Source: a virus. From it: a stretch of DNA of 64,000 bases. Below, piece by piece: positions 9,338 to 19,835 of the stretch (position 1 is its first letter; each line of letters starts with the position of its first letter). The stretch lies in IMG/VR virus record IMGVR_UViG_3300003690_003399, positions 16,076 to 80,075 of that record; one strand, 5' to 3'. The translations under genes and the position numbers were made by a program. The notes below the pieces were generated by a model. It was given only the letters and a program-made list of their open reading frames with translations. It searched no databases and was not told the DNA's origin.

Positions 9338-10132
9338 ATGGTTACGACTGTAAAAGATACCCAATTGAAAGCATTAAAGGATGTTGGTGCTTTTCTTAAA
9401 AACACAGATCAGAACAATCCACAGTTAGCTTCAACAATATGGAAGTATATTAACGATAACAATATCCAAACAGTCGTGTCACAAGCGGAATCTAATGATT
9501 ATAGTGAGAATTGGTCACAAGAACTGGTAGGAAAATTACAACGAATATTCGTTAATTACCAACTTCGACAGCTTAATTTGGGAAATCCCTCCCCGGTTTT
9601 TTTTAAACTAAAAGAAGCTTTAGATGTTCTACTGGATGAAAACCTTAGCTTGTCTTTGATCGATATTGGATGCACGAGTGGTTATTACTACGATGTTATT
9701 AACTTTTATTTTTCTAATAAATTCTATTATACGGGATGTGATTATAATAAAGAATCAATTGAATTGGCCAAAGAATATTATCCTACGATTAATTTTCAAG
9801 TCGAAGACATAACAGAACTAAGCTTTAAAGACCGTGAATTCGAAGTTTCTTTATTGGCGGGCGTTATTGAACATGTTCCACAGTATAAAAAGGGATTAAA
9901 AGAGCTATGCAGAATAACGGATAAATATATTGTTTTACACAGAATTTGGCTAACAGATGATGAGACTATTTGCAAAAAAGGAACACAATATTTTGTTCCT
10001 GTGATAAGAAACATGTATAATAAAGAAGATTTTTTTCATATTTTGAAAGAAAATAGTTTTACAGTTAAATGGAGTGGCGATGTTTATGACCAGAATTGTA
10101 GAACGTATATTTTAGAGAGAACAACTGAGTAG
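9338..10132 (+). CDS. Class I SAM-dependent methyltransferase
   Basis: LIDIGCTSG, YTGCD, FEV..GVIEHV. Confidence 0.88.
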   Translation: MVTTVKDTQLKALKDVGAFLKNTDQNNPQLASTIWKYINDNNIQTVVSQAESNDYSENWSQELVGKLQRIFVNYQLRQLNLGNPSPVFFKLKEALDVLLDENLSLSLIDIGCTSGYYYDVINFYFSNKFYYTGCDYNKESIELAKEYYPTINFQVEDITELSFKDREFEVSLLAGVIEHVPQYKKGLKELCRITDKYIVLHRIWLTDDETICKKGTQYFVPVIRNMYNKEDFFHILKENSFTVKWSGDVYDQNCRTYILERTTE

Positions 10133-10139
10133 GATTTTT

Positions 10140-10961
10140 ATGCTATTACCAGTAGCTTCTGTTGTAACTAATAAGACTATTTGCGAATTTGATTTACTTA
10201 AATTAAGCTTAGAACAATATCATGAGTGTAGCTGGGTCATTTCATGCGATGAAACGGCTTATCAAAAATACAATAATGTTGAAAATATTGAGTGTTTGAA
10301 GTTAATAGAAAGCGATGATTGCGATCATAATATAGCTTCAGAAGAACAGAAAGATAATTGGATGAAAGTCATGATGACCAAGTTTGATGCTGTTGAACGT
10401 TTAATCCTAAAGTTTAATCATGCTTTATTTTTAGATTCTGATATGATTTTTGTAAACCCCATTGAAGATAGAATATTAGAAATATTTAACAATGAAAATA
10501 TTGATGCGTGTATATGTCAACATATGACTAATGATTGGCAGAATGAAGCTCAACATGGATTATATAATGGTGGAATGTTTCATGTAAGAAGCAGTGATTT
10601 TATTGCTGAATGGAAAAGTCTATCTAAACAGTATAAAAAATATGGGTTTTATTTTGAACAGCAGCCTCTAGAATTTGTACAAAGAAATTTTAATTCTTTT
10701 AATCTCCCCATAAACTATAACATTGGGTGGTGGAGATTTAACAGGCCTAGCACTCAAAATAGATTGAATTTATTAAAGAATCTCGACGACAAGATATTTT
10801 TTGGCAACAAACCAGCAATTAATTTTCATGTGCATGCTTTACGTGAAATTGGATATCAAAACTTTGGTCAGTTTTTAGTTGAGAAAATTTGCAACTTATT
10901 AGATAACACATCTAATAAAAATTATAGGACGATTTTAGGGGTTATTAGAAATGGCGTTTGA
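10140..10961 (+). CDS. GT-A fold nucleotide-diphospho-sugar transferase
   Basis: LFLDSD (DxD), YNGG, EQ..L, YNIG, FH. Confidence 0.75.
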   Translation: MLLPVASVVTNKTICEFDLLKLSLEQYHECSWVISCDETAYQKYNNVENIECLKLIESDDCDHNIASEEQKDNWMKVMMTKFDAVERLILKFNHALFLDSDMIFVNPIEDRILEIFNNENIDACICQHMTNDWQNEAQHGLYNGGMFHVRSSDFIAEWKSLSKQYKKYGFYFEQQPLEFVQRNFNSFNLPINYNIGWWRFNRPSTQNRLNLLKNLDDKIFFGNKPAINFHVHALREIGYQNFGQFLVEKICNLLDNTSNKNYRTILGVIRNGV

Positions 10962-11574
10962 TTTGGTTGGAACAAATTATGGCGGTTGGATGATTGACAT
11001 TGATTTGATACCGCACCAAAGCGTCATTATTTCTGCCGGTGTGGGAGAGGATATAAGCTTTGATTTACAATTGATAAAAATGCGGAATTGCAAGATTATT
11101 GGTATTGATCCTACTCTCAAGAGTCATAGGTTTATAGAAAACCGAAAAAATCTTGATAACTTTAAGTTAATAAAGGGCGCCCTGCACCCTGCTGATGGTG
11201 ATGTTATCAAAATATACAAAACGAAGAGAAGTGACTATGTTTCAGAATCCATTTTACCAGATCATCAAAGCGTAAATAATTTTGATTCATATTTTTCAGA
11301 AACAATCAGCTTAAATAAAATCTTCGAAGAATATGAAGAGATTTCTGTTATCAAAATGGATATTGAAGGTTCTGAATACGGGGTAATACAGGCTTTAAAA
11401 TACATTCCTGATAGCGTTAAACAATTTTGTGTTGAATTCCATCATTTTTGCACCAGCAAAACCATTGAAGACACTAAAGAAATGATTAAAATGTTAGCAG
11501 AGTTAGGCTTCAAGAATTATGTCGAAAAGCCTTCTACCCAGCATTTAAACGAATTAACGTTTTGGAGGGGCTAA
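10951..11574 (+). CDS. FkbM-family methyltransferase
   Basis: YGGW, SAGVGEDISFD, IDPT, IKMDIEGSE, VEFH. Confidence 0.9.
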   Translation: MAFDLVGTNYGGWMIDIDLIPHQSVIISAGVGEDISFDLQLIKMRNCKIIGIDPTLKSHRFIENRKNLDNFKLIKGALHPADGDVIKIYKTKRSDYVSESILPDHQSVNNFDSYFSETISLNKIFEEYEEISVIKMDIEGSEYGVIQALKYIPDSVKQFCVEFHHFCTSKTIEDTKEMIKMLAELGFKNYVEKPSTQHLNELTFWRG

Positions 11575-12369
11575 ATGGATTATTTCACTGACACAAAGAA
11601 AAAAATTATTTATGATCCAATAGAAACCATCGAGGCCCTAAAAGAATTTCATAATTTATATGCTAAACGCCCCGTTAAAAATAATTCAGGAGGGATGCAG
11701 TCTCCTCATCTTTTTAATACTTGGTATGCATTAAAAAAACTAAAACCTAAATTAGTAATTGAGAGTGGGGTGTGGAAAGGCCTCGGAACGTGGGCGATAG
11801 AGAAGGCGCTTCCCAGCGCTCAAATAATTTCAATAGATGTTGATTATTCACATTTAGAATTTAAAAGTTCAAATGCGACTTATCTAGATAAAGATATTAA
11901 AACTCATAACTGGGATAAAGTATTCAATGAACAATATCCCGATATTAAGAGAAATGAAATTGTAGTTTTTTTAGATGATCATCAAGATTTTTTAGAGCGA
12001 TTAGAATTTATTTATAATTTGGGAATAAAGCATATCTTATATGAGGATAACTATCCTTCTTCACAAGGAGACGTTCTTTCTCCTAAGAAAATTTTATCTT
12101 GTCAAGATTATATAATGGAGAGAAGAGGTATCCCCCAAATGAATCAATTTTCATATTTTGATTATGATAAATTTGTAAATTTTGTCAAAACTTATGAAGA
12201 GCTGCCCCCCATTTTTAAACTAGATAAAACTCGATGGAAAGATAAATGGGATCCCCATACTTATCCTACGATAAAAGCTTTGTTACCTTTAGAAAAACAA
12301 AATGAATTTCCTATTTTTTTTGAAGAAGCATTATCATATACATGGCTATGTTATATGGAATTAAAATAA
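11575..12369 (+). CDS. Methyltransferase-fold protein
   Basis: P..VIESGVWKG, IISID, FLDDH. Confidence 0.6.
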   Translation: MDYFTDTKKKIIYDPIETIEALKEFHNLYAKRPVKNNSGGMQSPHLFNTWYALKKLKPKLVIESGVWKGLGTWAIEKALPSAQIISIDVDYSHLEFKSSNATYLDKDIKTHNWDKVFNEQYPDIKRNEIVVFLDDHQDFLERLEFIYNLGIKHILYEDNYPSSQGDVLSPKKILSCQDYIMERRGIPQMNQFSYFDYDKFVNFVKTYEELPPIFKLDKTRWKDKWDPHTYPTIKALLPLEKQNEFPIFFEEALSYTWLCYMELK

Positions 12370-12380
12370 GATACGATTAA

Positions 12381-13199
12381 ATGAACACGATTTACATAAT
12401 GAATTTTGATGACGTAAACGACCCTGTTAAAACCGAAGAAACTATCTTCAATCAATTATGGGAGCTTAAAGACACGATTAATACAGATTATGTGTATGTT
12501 GTTTTTCCGTGGGCATTTTCCATCAATCATCATGGCATTGTCCATACCCAGAAGCTTATTGATCAAATTTGTACTCAACACTGTGATAAAAAAATGTTTT
12601 TTGTTTGCCAACATATTTTAGTGAACAAATTAAACTTTCACGGTAATTTGGTCTTTACGCCGCATGCAACTATTTTAGATTCTTATGTGCCAATTCCACA
12701 TTATTCTTGCAATTATGAGTTAGAATTAGTTAAACCCTGGGATGAAAGAGAATATGAATTTAGCTTTATTGGATCTTTTCGTACACACCCTGTAAGGCAA
12801 AAGCTTTATGAATTTTTTAAAGCAAGGAAAGATTGCTTGATTGTTGATACCGGCTCTTGGCATTTTGAAGCATCCGAAAAGAAGCAAGAAATTAATGCAA
12901 GAAAGTACATTGAAATTTTAGGTAATACGAAATATTCGCTTTGCCCTAGAGGCACAGGACCATCTACTATTAGAATATGGGAGTCTATGGCAATGGGATC
13001 CTGTCCTGTGATTGTAAGTGACTATTTAAAAATGCCTTTAGAGCGTGAATTAGATTCTACAATGTGGTTAAGAGTACTGGAAAAGTGTGATAATATAAGG
13101 GATATAGATTTTTGCTTTGATAACGAAGAGTATTGGGAGTGGTTTTCTAATGAGAATTTGTATAGGTCGATTCTCAGCGCGCTAAGGGATAAAAAGTGA
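12381..13199 (+). CDS. Exostosin-family (GT47) glycosyltransferase
   Basis: FSFIGS..THPVR, YSLCPRG, RIWESM..G..PVIVSD. Confidence 0.85.
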   Translation: MNTIYIMNFDDVNDPVKTEETIFNQLWELKDTINTDYVYVVFPWAFSINHHGIVHTQKLIDQICTQHCDKKMFFVCQHILVNKLNFHGNLVFTPHATILDSYVPIPHYSCNYELELVKPWDEREYEFSFIGSFRTHPVRQKLYEFFKARKDCLIVDTGSWHFEASEKKQEINARKYIEILGNTKYSLCPRGTGPSTIRIWESMAMGSCPVIVSDYLKMPLERELDSTMWLRVLEKCDNIRDIDFCFDNEEYWEWFSNENLYRSILSALRDKK

Positions 13200-13885
13200 C
13201 AGAAATTTTAGTTATTGGAAACAAACCTTATACTAATCTATGTCTTAACAAGGTTGTTGATCGTTTTGATATAATTTATAGATTTAATCTTGCTTATCCC
13301 GGTAAAAATAATGGTACAAAATTTGGTAAGTTGGCAATGTGTCAACATGTGTACAATAATTTTGTAAAAAATCCTATTAGCAAGGAGCAAATAATACAAA
13401 TATATGGTCGAGAGCAGGAAGCAGTATTTGTAAGTGACTGGTATGATTTCTTTCAAGAAAATAAAGAAAACTTTGATGAGATATTTCATGAAAATGAACA
13501 CAATTGGGGGGAATGGAACAGGATGCTTGAAAAATATGGCAGTCCTCATAAATTTTCAAAAATGGCGTCAACAGGATATTCAGTTATTTTTAGAAATTTA
13601 GCAGCTGGCAATAGAGTATATGTTTCGGGCTTTACTTTATGTAATAATGAAATTAGAAAAACAATAGGAGAGAAAGATGAAGTTGTCAAAGCAAAAAATC
13701 AAGGGAAAACCTGTCACTCATTTTCTGACGAAAGTCGCATCTTAGCTTGGTTGCACAACAATAAAAAGATCGACGCAACATTGTGTATGTTAGATGACAC
13801 CGACGAACTTAGTCTAAAAATCAACGAATATAACACAGAACCTTCGGAGTTCATACTTAATTTATTAAATGGGAAAATATTATGA
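13196..13885 (+). CDS. GT29 sialyltransferase-like (CMP-sugar) transferase
   Basis: Sialylmotif-L-like ILVIGN..VDRFDIIYRFN, S-like STG..VYVSGF, VS-like HSFSDE; GTG start. Confidence 0.65.
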   Translation: MTEILVIGNKPYTNLCLNKVVDRFDIIYRFNLAYPGKNNGTKFGKLAMCQHVYNNFVKNPISKEQIIQIYGREQEAVFVSDWYDFFQENKENFDEIFHENEHNWGEWNRMLEKYGSPHKFSKMASTGYSVIFRNLAAGNRVYVSGFTLCNNEIRKTIGEKDEVVKAKNQGKTCHSFSDESRILAWLHNNKKIDATLCMLDDTDELSLKINEYNTEPSEFILNLLNGKIL

Positions 13886-14232
13886 AAATACAAGGTAAAG
13901 TGTGGGGAAAGACCCAAGATATATTTAAAAACTCTAATTTTGAGCTTCATAGAATCGAGGCCAGAAAAGGCGGGTTTTGCTCAAAGCACCAACATAAGCA
14001 TAAATATAATGCTTTTTTTGTTGAAAAAGGCAAGCTAAAGATAACAATATATGAAATTGATTATGATTTGGTCGATGAAACTATCATCTCCACAGGAGAG
14101 CTAACAATAGTTAAGCCTGGAGCCTACCACAGATTTGAGGCACTCGAAGATACAATTTGTTATGAAATCTATTGGGTAGAATTGGATCATGACGACATAG
14201 AAAGGGAAGACGTTGGCGGGAACATTAAATAA
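13882..14232 (+). CDS. Cupin-fold protein (sugar isomerase-like)
   Basis: KVWG, CSKHQH..K...F.V..G, PG.YHRF. Confidence 0.8.
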   Translation: MKIQGKVWGKTQDIFKNSNFELHRIEARKGGFCSKHQHKHKYNAFFVEKGKLKITIYEIDYDLVDETIISTGELTIVKPGAYHRFEALEDTICYEIYWVELDHDDIEREDVGGNIK

Positions 14233-14923
14233 AATAGGTATCATACCAGCGAGACTACACTCAACAAGGTTTCCTAAAAAAATATTAACAGATATAAATG
14301 GAAAGCCGATGGTGATATGCACAGCCGAACAAGCGTCTAAAGCTAAAAGTTTAGATAGAGTACTTATAGCTATTGATAGTGACGAAACATATCAAGCCTT
14401 AAAAGACTTTAATTATGAATTAGTAATGACATCAAACGAGCACAAGTCAGGAACAGATAGAATTGCAGAAGTGGTAAAGCGCATTAAAAGTATTGATATA
14501 GTTGTTAATATTCAAGCAGATGAGCCTTTTATCGACCCTACACTAATTGATAAACTAACAGAAGCCCATCTTGATTCAACTGTAGAAATGTCAACACTGG
14601 TCAGCACACAACTATCAACAAAAGACTATGATAATGAAAGCATTGTCAAAGCTTTTTTAAATGAAAATAATTTCGTAACAGACTTTAAAAGAAAATCTAG
14701 GGCGCGCCATAAGCATTTAGGCATATACGGTTTTACAAGAAAAACATTATTAGATTTTATATCATTTGAACAGACAGTCAACGAAAAAAACAGAAATCTA
14801 GAGCAAATGAGAGCGCTCGATAATGGGATTAAGATTAAAGCTGTGTTAACCAGTAAAGATTCTTTATCTATTAACACATTAAATGATCTTTTATATGTTT
14901 ATAAAAAGGGCAATACGCGATGA
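14213..14923 (+). CDS. kdsB: CMP-Kdo synthetase (3-deoxy-manno-octulosonate cytidylyltransferase)
   Basis: IIPARLHSTRFPKK, GKPMV, SGTDRIAE, NIQADEP, HLGIYG, LEQMRAL; TTG start uncertain. Confidence 0.9.
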   Translation: MAGTLNKIGIIPARLHSTRFPKKILTDINGKPMVICTAEQASKAKSLDRVLIAIDSDETYQALKDFNYELVMTSNEHKSGTDRIAEVVKRIKSIDIVVNIQADEPFIDPTLIDKLTEAHLDSTVEMSTLVSTQLSTKDYDNESIVKAFLNENNFVTDFKRKSRARHKHLGIYGFTRKTLLDFISFEQTVNEKNRNLEQMRALDNGIKIKAVLTSKDSLSINTLNDLLYVYKKGNTR

Positions 14924-15831
14924 AACCCTTAGATATATCTAAAAAGTCTATGAAAAAAGGAATGAAAGACAACATAGAAAGGAAGCAGCCTTCTATAAAC
15001 GATGTCGTTAGACACAAAGGTCTCCCCTTGTTCAGCTTTATTGAATTAAATATAAATGAAATTTGTAATAGAGTATGTCCTTTTTGCCCAAGAGTGGATC
15101 CAAAAATATATCCTAATCAAAATATCCACATGGATATGGAAATAGTGGAAAAAATAGCTGAACAACTTAAAGAATTGAATTTTACTGGTATTGTGAATAT
15201 AAGCGGTACCGGGGAACCGCTACTAACCAAATATATCACTGATATTATAAATGAATTTGGAAAACGAGGAATTCATATTGAAATAGTGACCAATGGTGAT
15301 GTACTGCAAAGCCGGAAAGGGCCAGAGTTAATCAAAAATTTATATGCAGCAGGATTGCAACAGTTTGTAGTTAGCATGTATGACGGCCCTGAGCAAATAG
15401 AATCATTTAATACGTTATTTGCTAGTTGTGGTATAGATGAAAGCTTATACTCCTTAAGGGATAGGTGGTACGATGAATCAGAGGATTATGGGCTCCTGTA
15501 TACAAATAGAGCCGGTAACATAGGGTTTGAACATTTATCGGACATAGCTAAAGAAAAGTTAATAAATTCAGGCAAGTCGGCTTGTTTTTATACACATTAT
15601 TCTATGATGATTGATTGGAATGGTGATGCGTTATTGTGCTGCCAAGACATGTATAATCGTACAGTAAAATTTGGAAATGTTAAAAACAAATCTCTTATCG
15701 ATATATGGAGAGATACAAAACTAATGGAATTTAGAAATAAACTTAAAAATGGGGAGAGGTCATCATCACCCTGTAATAATTGCAATGCAAATGGTCAAAT
15801 ATTTGGAAGCAATCATGTAAAAGCATGGTAG
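14920..15831 (+). CDS. Radical SAM enzyme with SPASM/twitch domain
   Basis: CNRVCPFC, GEPLL, TNG, NRAG, C-terminal C..IDWNG...CC and CxxC. Confidence 0.92.
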   Translation: MKPLDISKKSMKKGMKDNIERKQPSINDVVRHKGLPLFSFIELNINEICNRVCPFCPRVDPKIYPNQNIHMDMEIVEKIAEQLKELNFTGIVNISGTGEPLLTKYITDIINEFGKRGIHIEIVTNGDVLQSRKGPELIKNLYAAGLQQFVVSMYDGPEQIESFNTLFASCGIDESLYSLRDRWYDESEDYGLLYTNRAGNIGFEHLSDIAKEKLINSGKSACFYTHYSMMIDWNGDALLCCQDMYNRTVKFGNVKNKSLIDIWRDTKLMEFRNKLKNGERSSSPCNNCNANGQIFGSNHVKAW

Positions 15832-15839
15832 GTCGAAAA

Positions 15840-16487
15840 ATGAATTATATTTTTAAACCAAATGGAGACAAACTAGAGTTTGTTGGCGATTTTGAGGCAC
15901 TTTATCAAAATGACAACGACCCGTGGAATCAGTCAGGAAAAGATGGAGAAATAAGCTATTACTATGCTCATAGCAGAAAGAGGCTGGTCGATCAGCTAAA
16001 GAAAATCAATCCCGACTCTTTGCTTGAAACCGGATGCGATTTGGGCTATACTACCAAGATCATTCAGAAATCTTTACCAGATTGCAATGTTGTTGGCATG
16101 GATATTAGTAGAACGGCAATAGTGAAGGCTGTAAACTTATTCCCTAATTTGGACTTCATAACTGAAGATATTGGTAGCGCAAACTTTAATTCAGATACAA
16201 AATATGATGTAGTTATTCTAAATCAATTGTTGTGGTATGTCTTAGAATCGCTTTCCGAGACATTTGAAAATTGTTTTTCTATACTAAATCCAAATGGTAG
16301 GATAATAATCAGCCAAGCATTTTTACAGGCACCACAGAAATACGGGAAAGATATTTGTGATGGGTTTGATGGGTTAATCAGTTACTTGAGCGACCACAAG
16401 TTTAATATAGAATATTCTCAATTAGATAATTCTAATTCTTTTGTCCATAATGATGGGCTGATCATATTAAAAAAGCATGATAGTTAA
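15840..16487 (+). CDS. Class I SAM-dependent methyltransferase (start revised from 15780)
   Basis: DPW, LETGCDLG, GMDIS, YDVV, LNPNG. Confidence 0.82.
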   Translation: MNYIFKPNGDKLEFVGDFEALYQNDNDPWNQSGKDGEISYYYAHSRKRLVDQLKKINPDSLLETGCDLGYTTKIIQKSLPDCNVVGMDISRTAIVKAVNLFPNLDFITEDIGSANFNSDTKYDVVILNQLLWYVLESLSETFENCFSILNPNGRIIISQAFLQAPQKYGKDICDGFDGLISYLSDHKFNIEYSQLDNSNSFVHNDGLIILKKHDS

Positions 16488-17604
16488 AAAAGCCTATAAA
16501 TGTTATATTGAAAATGATAAAGGTGTCAAGCTAATTGACACCTCAATGGGGTCAGGTGTCCAAATAATAGGACACAACAACCCGTTGATTAAAGAAATGG
16601 GCAAGCAGATAGAAAGAGGAACTATTTATACAATTCCCAACTGCCACACAGGTAAGGTAAATTCTTATTTGAAAGAACACATAAACCCCGATCTTGATGA
16701 GCAATACATATTCTGTAATTCGGGTACGGAAGCTAACATGAGGGCTATAAGATTAGCCCGTGCATACACAGGCAAAAATTTAGTTGGCAGATTCCATGGC
16801 GGCTGGCACGGCGGACTAGATGGTTTCCTAGAAGAACACCCCGACAACAAGGGTATACCTTCAGAGACTGATAGCTTGTTTAGGGTCTTGCCCTACAATG
16901 ATGATCAGTGTTTCGAGAAGATTACTCATGATATGGCTGCTGTAATAACAGAGCCCGTGCAGGGATCTAATCCTAGATCTGACGTTAAACAGTTTCTGCA
17001 AAAATTAAGAGCCCATTGCACCAAGACGGGAGTATTGTTAATATTTGATGAAGTTCTGACGGGATTTAGATTATCCGCAAAGGGTGCCGCTGGTGTTTTT
17101 AATGTGATGCCCGATATAGTAACTTATGGGAAAGTTTTAGGAGGAGGATTCCCAATTGGAGCGGTTGGCGCCAAGTCAGAAATTATAAAAACAAAAAATG
17201 TTTTTTATGGAGGAACTTTTTCTGCGAATCCATTAAGCATGTATGCCGCTATCCTAATTCTTGAAACTATAATTGATACAAAGTACATTCAATACGATAA
17301 GCTAAATTATGCTGGAAAGCTATTTAGAGGTGAATTAAATAAGTTTTTTATTGCGGAAGATAAAAAAATGAGAGTAATAGGCTGCGGCGCAGTCAATAGA
17401 ATTATCTTTACAGATAAATTTATCAAAAATAGAAAAGATAGAGATAACTTTGAGCCTAAAAATGCACAAGAAATGTTTTCTAATAAACTAAAAGAACTGG
17501 GTGTGTTTATTAATGGAAATGGACTATATCATTTTTCTATGAGTCATACACCAGAGGTTATTAAAGAACTTATTAATATAATCAAACTAGCGAGCAAAAC
17601 ATGA
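16477..17604 (+). CDS. Class III PLP aminotransferase (GSA-aminomutase-like)
   Basis: NSGTEA, ARAYTG, WHG, EPVQG, IFDEVLTGFR, TYGK (PLP Lys), GTFSANP. Confidence 0.9.
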   Translation: MIVKKAYKCYIENDKGVKLIDTSMGSGVQIIGHNNPLIKEMGKQIERGTIYTIPNCHTGKVNSYLKEHINPDLDEQYIFCNSGTEANMRAIRLARAYTGKNLVGRFHGGWHGGLDGFLEEHPDNKGIPSETDSLFRVLPYNDDQCFEKITHDMAAVITEPVQGSNPRSDVKQFLQKLRAHCTKTGVLLIFDEVLTGFRLSAKGAAGVFNVMPDIVTYGKVLGGGFPIGAVGAKSEIIKTKNVFYGGTFSANPLSMYAAILILETIIDTKYIQYDKLNYAGKLFRGELNKFFIAEDKKMRVIGCGAVNRIIFTDKFIKNRKDRDNFEPKNAQEMFSNKLKELGVFINGNGLYHFSMSHTPEVIKELINIIKLASKT

Positions 17605-18410
17605 AGATTGAAAAGTGCTGCAAAGAGGATATATTTAAATGTATAGACCTACAGGAAAATGATGTTATCTTATATTTGGGGGGAAGAATTGACGATGACG
17701 CCCTATACCCGCCGGGATACAGAGAATATTTAAAGGCTAAAATAAAAAAGTTGAAGCCAACTAAAATAATTTGTCACAACCACTGGTATGCTAAGAAATA
17801 TTATGAGAAGGGAATCTTAACCAAGCATACTAAAATAGATATGGTATTAGTTTGTTACCACCATCTTAGAAACGGTAATTTCCCATCAATTGATCCTGCG
17901 GATTATATCGATCATCGCACCTACATGAAGACATTGATAGATAAGAATCCTAGCATAGTCTATGCAATATATATAAGCCAGGGAAACAAGCCCCCCTCGG
18001 TGGATGTTAACGATGGTTGGTTTAGAGAAGATTACGATCTAAATAATGCTAAATACTTCTCTTTCGATAGAACATATTCTCCCAAGGATTTAACGGATGA
18101 GGAACTGGGTCATGGAGGACGAACAAGAAATGCTAGTGATGGGTTTGCTATGGTTGCCAATTTGGTGAAGGCGGGTTTTAAGAATATAAATATACTTGGA
18201 TTTTCTGCATTTGGATCCGATGAAGACATGTCTTATCATACTGCGTATAAGTCAGGAGACCGTAGGCTCTTCGGTCGAAAATACTTCAATCTTGGTACCT
18301 CGGAAGATCAACCAGCAGAAGCAGATATATTGCAATTTTGGGTAAAAACTAAAAAGATAAAGAACGTGGAAGATTATAGTAAATTGATGTTTCACTTAAA
18401 GGAGAAATAA
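17601..18410 (+). CDS. Hypothetical protein, possible second CMP-sugar transferase
   Basis: SDG....GFKNINILGF resembles the GT29/GT42 S-type motif; weak. Confidence 0.4.
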   Translation: MKIEKCCKEDIFKCIDLQENDVILYLGGRIDDDALYPPGYREYLKAKIKKLKPTKIICHNHWYAKKYYEKGILTKHTKIDMVLVCYHHLRNGNFPSIDPADYIDHRTYMKTLIDKNPSIVYAIYISQGNKPPSVDVNDGWFREDYDLNNAKYFSFDRTYSPKDLTDEELGHGGRTRNASDGFAMVANLVKAGFKNINILGFSAFGSDEDMSYHTAYKSGDRRLFGRKYFNLGTSEDQPAEADILQFWVKTKKIKNVEDYSKLMFHLKEK

Positions 18411-18412
18411 AT

Positions 18413-19123
18413 ATGGTAGACAAAAAAAAAAGAGAGGAGTATAACAAATCTTTGGAGTACAACGGACAAGCGTTGGCAGACAAATTTGTTTTAAATTGCA
18501 CAGGTTTTAAGAGGGGTGGTTACTTTTTAGAACTAGGATCTAGGGAGTTTAAACGGAACAACAACTCTTATATTTTAGAGAAAAGTTTTGGATGGAAAGG
18601 TGTGATGGTCGAAAAGGTCGCTACACACAAAGGAGACTATAAATCCAATAGACCGAACAGCATACCTATCATCCAAGACGCCACTCAAATAAACTATAAA
18701 AAAGTATTTGAGGATAATAATTTTCCGTCTAATTTGGATTTTTGGCAATTAGATTTAGAGGTGAGAGACAATACCGCTTTAGATACCTTAATAAAGATTA
18801 ACGAAGAAATACTGGGTTATTATAGTTTTGCAACAGTAACAATGGAACACGATATTTATAATGGTCTGCAAAATTCTGTCAATACTCGAATTAAATCAAG
18901 AGAGATTTTAGAGAGCAGAGGTTACTACTGTGTGTTTAGAGATACTATGACTTTCATGGACGGTCCGCCGAACTCTCCCTACGAAGATTGGTGGGTCCAT
19001 CCAGACTTAGTTAATATGGAATATATAAAATCCCTTCAGGAAAGAAATCAAGATAATTATTCATTAATTAATGTAAAGGGAAGAAATATAGAGTGTTTCA
19101 ACTCTGATCTGATAGAATATTAA
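18413..19123 (+). CDS. FkbM-like methyltransferase
   Basis: GYFLELGS, NNSY.LE..GWKG..VE, LDLE, EHD, EDWWVHP. Confidence 0.8.
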   Translation: MVDKKKREEYNKSLEYNGQALADKFVLNCTGFKRGGYFLELGSREFKRNNNSYILEKSFGWKGVMVEKVATHKGDYKSNRPNSIPIIQDATQINYKKVFEDNNFPSNLDFWQLDLEVRDNTALDTLIKINEEILGYYSFATVTMEHDIYNGLQNSVNTRIKSREILESRGYYCVFRDTMTFMDGPPNSPYEDWWVHPDLVNMEYIKSLQERNQDNYSLINVKGRNIECFNSDLIEY

Positions 19124-19138
19124 ATAGAGGGTAATAAA

Positions 19139-19831
19139 ATGCAACCAACCATAAAAGACCTTTTCGATAAAATTCAGAATGCAGAAGTTCAGACTGAACC
19201 GTTTGATCATCTGGTTGTAGATAATTTATTACCTGATGATTTTTTTAAAGAGCTAGCTAAAGAATTAGAGGCTGAGGACTTTCCTAGCAATTATGTAAGG
19301 GGGCCTTACGGAAATAAAGAACGCTTTGGGGTAGATTTAACAGATTATTCTGCTTGGAAAACCTCTGGAAAGAATCTTCCCATAAAGATCCACGAGGGTA
19401 ATTACAAATCATTATCATCGGGAAAGAGTGCCAATGTTCAATTCTTTGTTGACCTTCTTTTGGAAAATGAAAAGGGCTTTTATTCTTTACTTGGCTCTAA
19501 ACTGCCTACTGAGAGATTTCAAGATAACTATTTTTTTCATGTAAATATGACCAAAGATAGCGTAGGCTACACAATAGAAGCCCACACAGACGATAAAGAG
19601 AACATTTTTACTATTCTTTTCTACACTCCAGAGACAGATGTAAATAAAGAGTTCGGACTACATGTCTGTAAAGAAAAAATAGATTTTATGCCTAATAGAA
19701 TGATCATTTTTGCTCCCTCTAAACCACACAGCGAGAGGACACCCACTTGGCATGAAGTAAAGCGCTTATCAGATAAATTAATTGGAACGAGAAATTCGTT
19801 CCAAATGTTTTTTTTAAGAAATAATAGCTAA
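19139..19831 (+). CDS. 2OG-Fe(II) oxygenase
   Basis: PFDHLVVDNLL, HTD, WH.V, R.S. Confidence 0.82.
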   Translation: MQPTIKDLFDKIQNAEVQTEPFDHLVVDNLLPDDFFKELAKELEAEDFPSNYVRGPYGNKERFGVDLTDYSAWKTSGKNLPIKIHEGNYKSLSSGKSANVQFFVDLLLENEKGFYSLLGSKLPTERFQDNYFFHVNMTKDSVGYTIEAHTDDKENIFTILFYTPETDVNKEFGLHVCKEKIDFMPNRMIIFAPSKPHSERTPTWHEVKRLSDKLIGTRNSFQMFFLRNNS

Positions 19832-19835
19832 GGAT

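Noticed and set aside
16477-17604. hemL / tetrapyrrole biosynthesis
   Set aside because: No other hem genes; N-terminally shortened and embedded among sugar genes
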